DNA from: Enoplolaimus lenunculus
Taxonomy: Eukaryota
DNA length: 64,000 bases
Reading direction: 5' to 3'
NCBI GenBank assembly: GCA_030248215.1
Contig: JASANG010003092.1
Location: 434,001-498,000 of the forward strand
Positions 54,301 through 64,000 of this stretch are shown one piece after another (positions within the stretch are counted from its first letter, which is position 1; the number at the start of each line of letters is the position of its first letter). The notes under the pieces were generated by a model. It was not told where the DNA came from. It searched no databases and saw only the letters and a program-made list of their open reading frames with translations. Made by a program: the position numbers and the translations under genes.

Positions 54301-56943
54301 AGAATTAATCTAAAAATTCGCAGTTCGTATGTTTAATAAAATGTCGCATTACCATCTATAGAAGTTAACATGTAAAAATTTTAAAATGGTCTTGTTACAA
54401 AGTTTAGAATTGCAAGTTGCAACCGTAAACCAATACTGACGGCGTACACTCTCTTGCACCGTTCCTGTTTTGACTTCATTGATGCCGCTGAGTGCATGAC
54501 TGACGGCATAAATTTTTCAAAATTGTCTACCGTTAATACTCATGACGGAAACTTACGCTTTACCTCATAAATAGTTTTCTCATGCTCAGTCATCAGTCCA
54601 GCTTGAACTATGTGACTGATTTTTGGGAATCTTTTGCGGACGCGAGAAGATACGTCACGCCACGCGAGAACGCACGTCAGTACAAAATAGCGAGCAAGCG
54701 TGCGTCGCTTTAGTCGCGACTCACGGTCATTATTCGGAATGATAAAGTTCGCCCAACAGCACATATCATCTGGCCATGCAAGCGATTGAAATTGATGCCA
54801 GTATCTGAAAACCAGAAATACGAGATACCATCAATGTTTGACAAATTGGTGATTAAAGTGTGAACCGTTACGTAATTTCGTGCAACCGCGACGCGAAACG
54901 TTACAAGTGACATTGAAATATTGATATACTTAAAAATTGTCAAGTGATTTATTTATTATTAAGCCCCTACTGCCAGGGTGCGACCGGATTTAAAGAGAAC
55001 CAGCCGAATGCGGTGAGACATATTCACGCGTTAAAATAACGTCCAAATTATGAATTTTAAGAACATTTTTCTCTGCAGTGTTGTCAAAAGTTGACATTTC
55101 TGTTTAAGAATCTCAACTAAAACTTCACAAATTACTCGATACGGGGCGGTGATCTGCCGAGCGCAAAGGGATCAGCACACGCATACATTCGGCTATCAGT
55201 GGTTCGCAAGATTTTTGGATCGTTTGGGGTCTCGATATATAATTCCGGTTGACGGTTCTGGGGAATTCTGGATCACTGAAAATGCACGTTTATATGGCAA
55301 CATTCCGCTAGAAGGTTAAATAGTGCTAACATCAATAGTGAGAATTTGTTTAGTTTTCGTGTAAAGAAGAAAATTTTGGACATTTTTCTGAAATAGTATC
55401 GAAAGTTACAAATTTTGGACTGAAGGTTAAAAATCATTTTAGTCCTCTTAGACCTATGGGAGGGAGCGCGCCCTTTCGCCGTACCTTTTATCTCCTTTAC
55501 TCGAAAGTTATAACCGACTTCTTGAAAGACGCAACATTACAAAATTCAGTTGACCTCGCTACTTAAATTATCGAAACGTCCAGAAAAAGTTCTACCGGCG
55601 ACGGGGGATGTTTTTGGCCAGAGTCACAAGCAGACCTCTGGTTGTACCAGGGTACCTCTGGTAAAACAAGCCATTATTTTGTAATTAAAACATGTAACGC
55701 ATGGTTAGTAACATTAAACCTCATCTGTCGTTTGTTTACCGAAACTCTTGGAGGCCAAAAAATCGCACATTTTTACCCACGCTTTTAAAATCTATACCCA
55801 TGGGTATACTCTCGACCAAATTGTCGTATTCGGCTCGCGTTTACCCGCAGGTCGCGTGCAACTCTGAGTTTGGACATGTTTGTTGATAGACACAATTTTA
55901 CTAACAGCACATTTGAAACCTAAATTCGCAGGCTGAACTGAAAACAGTAGTTTAACCGGTCTGGACTCGTGGATATCGACGATTGGTCAACGCAAAATAC
56001 GTACCGTCCAACCATCGACGTGACATAAAACCCGAGCAAATACGTAATCGGAAACAACTTCAAATACTCGCTGAATTCAACGACGACACGATTGAATATA
56101 ATTTGTGACGCTTCGGTCATCGCAAATCGGTACATAAAACTAATTGTAAAGTATAACGCGTAAAATATGCACAATTCTTTCCAAACAACACGCCAAATAC
56201 TACCGCGCCATCGAAATATCAACGCACAAAACGACGTTTCATGCCAAACGGTCATACTGCGGACGTTGATTGTATCAGTGTAATATTTGGGTTCTTGTTG
56301 TTTACGGTCACTATTGGCTTCTTCTGAGCCCGCACCAATGGGCTGGCCTTGATCCTCCGATAAAGTCTCAAGTGATCCTTCGTCTTCTGCTACTGCCACA
56401 AGTCGAGATCCGACGTTAGTTTCAAGTAATTTCGCTTTTTCTTGCTTATCGAAATATATCGAGTTTGATATAGCAAACTCTGTTCGTTGCTTTCCTTCTG
56501 GTTCTTCTGTTGCTTTTCGGTTATTCGTTTGCTGTTCTGAGTGCTTCTTTGTATCGATGTTTCGTTTTTCTTGATCTTCGTTGTCTTCTCCTGCGACCTG
56601 TTGTCGCCCACGCGCAACACTGCCCTGTTGCTTGAAGTTGTCGCTGTGCCTCTGAGGTTGATTGTTTTGTTGTTGTCTTATAGAATAATTCTTCGACTCT
56701 TGTTCGCTAATCGCGTCAGCAGTGTCCTCCTGTTGAGAATCTTGATCGTCTCCTGTTGTTGTATCTGTGGTTACTCCGGAATCTTGTTGAAAATTGTCGG
56801 ATTCAGATTGCGTTACGGCTGTTGTGGCGGCGTTCGCTAACGAATGCAGTGTCGGTTCTGTACGCTGAACTGGGGGATTTGGTGTTAAATTTTCTCGGTC
56901 AGGATTTTTGTTGGAGGGTACGGGAGTTGAAATAATCGAAAAT
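48351..56943 (-). CDS. Bestrophin-family Ca2+-activated anion channel; first coding exon uncertain (candidate 57367-57354)
   Basis: Exons ~56943-56005 (FRWRGSIW...LGFYV), 54804-54564 (RKRFP signature), 52751-52566, 52020-51856 (YTQ...GRQF...FYVGWLK), 50286-50154 ([11 protein letters not shown]a2+ clasp), ~49302-49181, 48689-48351. Confidence 0.93.
49350..49768. mobile_element. Decayed hAT-like MITE related to 22665
   Basis: caaggtttaaccggaatt ... aattccggttgcaccctg; TSD imperfect. Confidence 0.65.
53190..54549. repeat. Five near-identical 272-bp tandem units in a bestrophin intron
   Basis: Units start at 53190, 53462, 53734, 54006 and 54278. Confidence 0.95.
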
Positions 56944-59334
56944 CTAAAGTATGATTTTCAGATCCCAACGATCCAACATTATTATGCCGATATCATTGAA
57001 GCTGGTTTGGTAAGCAGTATAATGTTACTATTCACTTGCATATATTCGCAATTGAATGTATTAATTAATTTGAAATCTGCTTTGAAAAGTTGAATAGCTG
57101 TAAAGGTTGGCCGTATATTTCCGAATTGTGTTCGTTCAAAGCGGAGCAAAAAACGCTCAGAATTACAAGAAAGAACCCTACTTTAGGCTAGCCCAAGTTG
57201 TAATCCCGCTTTAGATTTGCCCTATTCATAATTGGACTTAATTGCAATTTGTGCTACGAGATATACACAGACCAGTTCCTAATTCGTCTTATAATAATAG
57301 CAGATTGGCCTACGGCATTTATGCAACCTATGCGCACATTCATTTGCGCATACCCAAATGCATCCATCTGTTTACCCAAGTATCAATCAATGCTTACTGA
57401 TTTTCTCAAAACATCTTTTGCATCACCAAATGCAAACGTCTAAAAACATTGCAGGCAGCAGTCGCGAATCCACTCCCACCGAAAGTGTCAAGAAATCCTG
57501 TCCGACTTTGTAACCGTTTACGGAATTTAAAGAGCATTGGAACATAATAAACTTTGTTGAAAGAGCTTCAAGCCTATACACTGTAATTTCAGTGAGTTGA
57601 TTTGAACTCAGAATGAGTTGAATCAGTTGTATCCGTAGTTGTTTATATATCTCTGACCGTAATATGGGACATCCACGGTCCCGTTTAGAAGGATGCTGCT
57701 TTTAGTTGTTGCCTTTATGGATTATTAATGGGCACTTAAATCAGTTTACTAGAATGTCAAGCATACATAGAAATAAAAGCAATCATTTTGTGCTTCAAAA
57801 AAACTGTGCCGCACCCATTTTTTGATTCCGCGTATACAAAATCTATTGTACCAGTATAAATTTCAATATTTGGTAGCAGTAGAAAAAAACGCAAAAAATA
57901 ATACCGTATATACTAAAAGTGGTAGAACACATGTTGCATAGGCCTCTTTATATGCATATTTTGTGCTCGCTGACTGTGGAATATGCAAGCCACTACTGTA
58001 CAATGCAGTGTTCAATATTGCAAATACGATAAAAAGCAATAGCCGCACGATGAGAAGAGGGGACTGTACAATATTGTCTTATCTTCCCCCGCAAAAAATC
58101 GTGCTAAGATAAGCTATAGACTCCACAAAATGGAACCAAGTCATTGCAAGCTACGTTACGCTAAGAGCTGTTACGGATATGATGGCGGGTACAAAATATA
58201 TATTTTCAATATTTTTTACAGCTGTTAGCTTCCTACTGTGGCAATACCGTATTAAAGTTTAGTAGCATTTTCTTGCATTATATATGCAACATTTGTTGCT
58301 GCAACTGTGCGATTTTGATGTGCAATTTTTGGCATTTGTTTTGCAATATTCTTCGATAAAATGTAGACGATGTTGATGTTTTTTGGTGTATTTCATTTGT
58401 GCTATACTTGTGGTGCGACAAAAACAACTATTGTAACTTGTGGTGACGGGTTTCAACGATGTTTTTATACCAATTTTTACAGAACAAACTATCAGAAAGA
58501 ACCAGCAAAAGCATCCTGTTTTGTAGTGTTTCAGTCGTTTTTTATCAGGTGGTCTAACCAATAGGATTCCATCAATTTTTGTCATGCTTTGATCTTATTG
58601 GATGTTTGTTGTGACAGTTTAATTTTATTGGTTGGTTGATGATCAGCGAATCATTTCATTGGACAAAGAAAACGACGATGTACATATTTTATATACATTT
58701 AAGTGTTTTTATTTAGGCTTTTTTATTTTTATCTAAAACGAAAGCAGTGTTGCTTTATATCTAAGAATTATTATTTGTAATGTGCAACACCGGTCCTGTG
58801 ATGAGCAGTTTTGGAGGAATTTGAAGCGGTACACTTCTGCGAGGATATACAACTGAATTTGCGTCATTTCTACCATTTGATGGGTAATTAAGTTCGTTTT
58901 TCGCGTGTAAAAATAGTGTAAATTTTTAAGGTTGTAATGTATGGTTTGTTCATTTTTTATGAAGGCGTAACAGACGTGTTCAGCTTAAACTTCATCGCTT
59001 GAGTGTAGTGTTTTTGCTGAAGTCTTTTAGTTGTTGTTGGATGTTGTAGGTGTGGCTCGAAGGGAGCAGGAACAATATGCTCGCTATTGCGCATGAAAGG
59101 AAGAAATAATTATAATTGGAAATGATTGAAGGCAAATGTTTACATTTTCACCATAGTTAGTCTACTGCATATTATGTATATATACGAGTAACAAACAGTC
59201 AACATTCTAAAATTATATAGTTTAGGCGATAACGGTGAAGTTCTAAATAACGCAACGATTACCAGCATTAAACTTATAACACGACAAACAGCTAAAACTC
59301 TGAACCACGATGTATAAAATATGTTAGGTAAAAT

Positions 59335-60408
59335 CAGGGTTGTTGGCCAGAAAAAAATTACCGGAAAAAATGGTTTTTTCCATTTTTGTCACAGGGGGGT
59401 GGAAAAAATGGAAAAAAATGGAAAAATATTAAACGATCCTTAAATATAATTTGCAAGTAAATATGGTATAAAATAACGTTTTTAGATGACATGTAACTAA
59501 TTTTCATGCACACATTAACAGTGACCGTGCGTATATGTCCATCAGGACACATCATATGTCCGAAAAACGCGAAAATTGTAGCATATTAATATATAAATGG
59601 ATTTCAGAATTGAAACATTGCTATGAGATTCAATGTAAAACTGCATATGCAACTTGTTCGGTTCACTCACCAGGTTTCGCCGACAGTTTGGCCAAAGTTG
59701 GGGTGCTCAAAATTGAAAGGTTGCTTTTACCGTATGATTTAACACAAGAATACGTCTAGCTTCAACCTCGCTTTGCTCGCAAAGTTGCAGCAATTGAGAG
59801 GCTTCGACGTCAGAAAGAATCCAAAAGTATCTTGGGATTTAATTTATACTTACAAAAACAAATGTGACTTCTTTAATACGGTCCACTTATGAGTTTCTGA
59901 TGTTCTGATGATCTCCTCCGATTATTCCACACCAAAACTTAAATTTTTAAAAATTCGAATTTTAAGGTCTTTCTACATTGGACTCAAAATTTTTTTGCCG
60001 AAAAATTATACAAATTATATACCATTTGACACAGATCGCGGAGCTAAAACGAATATTGTTAAATATTTTCCAATCAAACGTCAGCCTAATGAGTCAGCGA
60101 TATATAATTTATCCAACTTATCGAAGAAAAATTTCTGGGTCCCAGCGTGCTGAACTTGTGGCCTTAAACATCGAATTTTTCAAAAATTCAGATTTGGGCA
60201 TGGAATGATCAGAGAATGATATCAGAAGCTCAAATATGCAAAAACTTTCAAAATGGAAGCATTTTTCGGCAAACGACGGCTAAGCGTGAGCAAGCCGATC
60301 ACTCAGACAAGGAATGAATTTTTCTCATTTTTCCATTTTTTCCGGAAAAAAATGGAAAAAATTCATTTTTTTCCGGTCATAATTCGTTTCCGGGAAAAAA
60401 TAACCCTG
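59335..60408. mobile_element. hAT-like ~1 kb non-autonomous DNA transposon
   Basis: CAGGGTT...AACCCTG termini, perfect 8-bp TSD ggtaaaat; homolog of 21413-22435. Confidence 0.88.
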
Positions 60409-60521
60409 GGTAAAATATTTGTTTTGCTTAACGCTAAACCAACAGGAAAAAACCGGACGGAGCTGGACCCGGAAGTATAAACAAAGTTTGCCGGATCTGT
60501 AGTTAAGGCAAAACTAGTTTA

Positions 60522-61590
60522 CAGGGTTCCAACGGAATTTCGATTCCGGCTAAAATCCAATAAAATTTGGGTTCAGATTCCCGTTCCGACCGGCTTCTAT
60601 TCCGATGCCGTAATTCCGACTTTTGGGTCTTGAGCTTTAAAGCTGAGTGAACTTAAATTTTGCCTGTTTTTTCGTTTGTTTGCAAATCTGTTTGTTTTTG
60701 TTAGTAAGTAGGTATTCTCAGTTGTTACTTTAAGAGCATCTAGCTGAGTAAATTATTTCAATGATTAATATCAAAATATGACTGCAATTGAAAGCTTTAA
60801 GCTCTTTCTTTAAACGAATAACAAAATCTAAACTTTAAATTCTACTTCACAGCGGAAAGCAGTGATATCAGCCCCTGCACTGGTTTTCAAATATAGCTTG
60901 ATATTTGGTTCAACAGTATCCTTAAGGCAGTGAAAACGACACTCCATTGAATTCTTTAATTTTCAAAAATCTGGGTCCTTTATGATTTCATGAGACTTCA
61001 GATTTAATGTTTTGAAATGCTCAAAATGCCTAAATGCATTTAAACTTAAGGCCAAGTTGTTCCTGTGCTTAGAGAATGGACAGACTGTTCTTAGAGTTAG
61101 CAGGTCTCCATTAATATCATAATTTTACAGGTTAGTAGATCGTTAATACAGTCAGGTATCCTAGCAATTTTACTGAAACTGTGAACAATACAAACAAGCA
61201 TAGTGCAACAAAAAAACCAAAAGTCATACACTTTATTTTTTGATAGAATTACTAAAACCCTAAATTCCGATTCCGATTCCGGTTCGGGCAAAAAAGTTGA
61301 TTCCGATTCCGATTTTGCTTCTGACAAAATTTACTTTCGATTGGAACAATGTTAGTTAATATAAACGTTGAAATTGCTAAGTTTAACAATAATCTGCAAA
61401 GAAGTAGTGTTGTCGAAAAAATTGTTTTCAACATTCGATTTTGCAAAATCCCATCAGATAAATTTCTTCAAAAATGTTCCCCAAAGTTGCAAAGATTAAC
61501 TTTGCTGAAGCGTTACGATAAATTTTGATCGCGCAATTGCAGGATCTTCCGGTGTTAAACTGTACCGGAGCCGGATGCGGCTGTACCCTG
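60522..61590. mobile_element. Decayed hAT-like element
   Basis: cagggtt...accctg termini, flanks ctagttta / ctagtcaa, internal (ttccga)n tracts. Confidence 0.55.
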
Positions 61591-62131
61591 CTAGTCAACG
61601 GCAGCGCTCGTTATTCTTAACTTTGTCTTGTTTTTTATAGCAACAGCTGGTAATGGTTCGTTGAACTTTCGAATAAATGGATCAAATTTTACAATATTTT
61701 TACCATACCTCGGTAGCGACTGCATGTGTATTTACGATTACATGGAATACTTAGCAGATGCAGCAGGTTATCTGTTTAAAAGTAATACACTGGCAGTAGG
61801 TACTTTATGACTAAACTAAAATCAAACTTTAAATTTGAATTAATTTTTTTTCAAAGTTATATACGTACCAAAGTTAATTTTTGTCGAACAACGAACTGAT
61901 TCAGTAAATTTTCCATAACAAACCAACATATTTAAGGACGATATTTGGGTTAAGTTACCAATGACATTTTAGTGGCGTAACTATAGAAGCATATAACTAT
62001 TAAGCCCAAGCGAAAGATTAGGTCTAAGCAAAAAAACATAGTGTACAATCTAAGCCTACTCTTATGCAGTAGGCTTAGATTACGGGACTACGCTAGAAGT
62101 AACAGCGTCCGGTTAGCATATATATGAATGA

Positions 62132-63646
62132 TTAATCCCATATACTGAATACTACAACCACTACAATCGTTCCAATCATTTGAAAATACAGCATAGTTTC
62201 CGTGTTATCGCGCACCGATTCTTTGATATACCGTCGAATTTCCAGTTCCGGCGGATACAAAGATACTTCCGCTATAGCTTGCGAAAAGTGCTTGGCCGAA
62301 GCGTTTCTAAGGTCAAAGACATATCGACTTTGACTGGTAGTAGCAGTAGTAGTAGCATCTGCAATCAAGTATTGTGATTGCTTCAGTCCATTATAATCGC
62401 GTATACAATGTTCGCTGCATGCGTCAACGGCTTTTTCAATATTTTCCTCGTCAATCTTATTGTTTGTGTTTAAAAATCGTTGCAATGTTTCCGCAATACA
62501 TTGTCGATTATCTGCTGAGTGAACGGTACAGTAATTTAGTTTTTTTGATTTTTTAAATATTGAACTTTTGTACCAATTAACGCTTGTTGTTGATATATTT
62601 GGCCACAGCATTACGGTAGAAGATAGCAGGCATGAGCATTTTTTACGTATTTGTAGCACGACACACAAGAAACCGCAGTCTGGACCTTCTCGATGGTGTA
62701 ACGCGTTTAAATCGCCGCGACTAATATGATACTGTTTATTAATCCGTGGTCGATACTCATTTTCTGAGTAGGTTTTCGCATACTTCCAATATTCAACGAG
62801 AGCTAACTGAACTTGAGTTGAACTGAATATATTTTGCTGCTCCGATGAGACGACAAAGCCTGACTCTGGTTCAGGGTTGTATTTCCAGTGGCGAAGCGCA
62901 AATATACGAAAATTTAAATTTAAATATTGTTCATCTTCCCTGGAGCGGGTCTTTGTAACAGCCACGGGGTTTGAGGAGAAATTATATTTAACCAATTGTT
63001 GTACCCGTGTATTCAGACGTAATTTCACTGATTGCCATGGACCAGGTACATCAAAGGCGCTCGGAGATTTACTTGCGTTAAAATAAAGGCACGGTCCGTA
63101 CGCGGATGGTACTACAACTGTTTGTGAGCAACACTCGCTTTGTTGCGTAAAACTGCGTTGTCCAAATCTACTAGAATCAGTTGAGTTTAACTCAACACAC
63201 GAGTCAATAATTTTGGAGCAATCAAGAGCTAACTGAAGTATGTTTGGATTAATCTCGTGTTGCTTATTTTTAATTAAATCCTCAGAAACTTCGGTGATAT
63301 TGTACGTAAAGCTGTTCATCATTGAGGTGTGGTTTTGGGCAAACGCACTTGGACCGGATAGAGCTAAAAATTCAACTAAGGATGCTGCAAGCGATACGTT
63401 GTCGAGTACTTGATCGGCGGCCAAATTTAAATTTAAAAAATATTTATTGAATGAATTCACAGGAGGAATTGGACAAATCATAAGGCTAGGAACACGGATC
63501 TGTGCCAAAGGCTCCAGGGTTAACACCTCGATGTCTCTTTGACGCCAAGACCAACCCACTGCGAATATGAACATTGCAAGCATAAATGCGCATAGAACAA
63601 ATATTAAACTGCCACATACGCATATTTTAAAGGATTTTATGAACAT
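62132..63646 (-). CDS. Divergent DEG/ENaC/ASIC-like channel subunit, one long ORF of 504 aa
   Basis: N-terminal TM segment, post-TM1 PSLMICP, GPCLYFN, Cys-rich thumb-like region (CGFLC...KKCSC...C...C...CSEHC) and a C-terminal hydrophobic segment. A TTTTAG acceptor just upstream (63661-63666) means further 5' exons may exist. Confidence 0.7.
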   Translation of the reverse strand: MFIKSFKICVCGSLIFVLCAFMLAMFIFAVGWSWRQRDIEVLTLEPLAQIRVPSLMICPIPPVNSFNKYFLNLNLAADQVLDNVSLAASLVEFLALSGPSAFAQNHTSMMNSFTYNITEVSEDLIKNKQHEINPNILQLALDCSKIIDSCVELNSTDSSRFGQRSFTQQSECCSQTVVVPSAYGPCLYFNASKSPSAFDVPGPWQSVKLRLNTRVQQLVKYNFSSNPVAVTKTRSREDEQYLNLNFRIFALRHWKYNPEPESGFVVSSEQQNIFSSTQVQLALVEYWKYAKTYSENEYRPRINKQYHISRGDLNALHHREGPDCGFLCVVLQIRKKCSCLLSSTVMLWPNISTTSVNWYKSSIFKKSKKLNYCTVHSADNRQCIAETLQRFLNTNNKIDEENIEKAVDACSEHCIRDYNGLKQSQYLIADATTTATTSQSRYVFDLRNASAKHFSQAIAEVSLYPPELEIRRYIKESVRDNTETMLYFQMIGTIVVVVVFSIWD

Positions 63647-64000
63647 AATGACTTGAAACTAAAATTACGAATATGAAAGGATTAAGCCCTATTCACACGT
63701 GCAAGTTTTTGCTACAAAAAATTGTATGTGCAACTTGCATGTGCAAGTTCGGTCACAAAACATCTTCGAAGTTTTTTCAGCTGTAAACTATTCACTGCAT
63801 GCAGAAGCCAGTCGTAGAACTTAATGCCCCTGCGTTTTTATAGCCCAATCAGAAATATTCCTGCTGAGAGCTTCTTGAATTAATTCAGACTTTTGAATTT
63901 ATTCGAGAAGCTTGAATTATTAATTCAAGCAAATAACTTGTTTGATATTTCGTAGCCGACGGCTATCATGACTAGACAAGTTTTACATCTGTTGAGCACT

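Noticed and set aside
53190..54549. CRISPR-like array
   Set aside because: Whole units repeat with no unique spacers, and the context is a eukaryotic intron.
58259..58585. Cys-rich ORFs, possible transposase relic
   Set aside because: No recognisable motif or consistent splice structure.

Overview
Eukaryotic, intron-rich, AT-rich animal genomic DNA, probably a nematode (inferred from TTTCAG/TTTTAG acceptors and TTAGGC repeats). Five protein-coding genes were rebuilt by hand: a ~34-exon RanBP2/Nup358 (minus strand, running off the left edge), METTL16 (minus, 8 exons), LSM8 (plus, 4 exons, head-to-head with METTL16), a bestrophin with a long N-terminal extension (minus), and a divergent DEG/ENaC-like long ORF (minus). 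Introns and intergenic DNA hold many non-autonomous transposons (hAT-like MITEs with 8-bp TSDs, DINE-1/Helentron-like elements, piggyBac-like MITEs, TTAGGC-bearing MITEs) and local tandem duplications. Best candidate for an undescribed system: the METTL16 SAM-binding motif (DIG/TG) is restored only by a non-canonical GC 5' splice site, while a canonical GT donor 4 nt downstream with A at +4 (the class favoured by U6 m6A, which METTL16 deposits) gives a frameshift and early stop. This could be a splice-site autoregulatory switch; it is a hypothesis from sequence only. METTL16 also lies divergent from a second U6 factor, LSM8, with a tandem array of tRNA-like hairpins between them.
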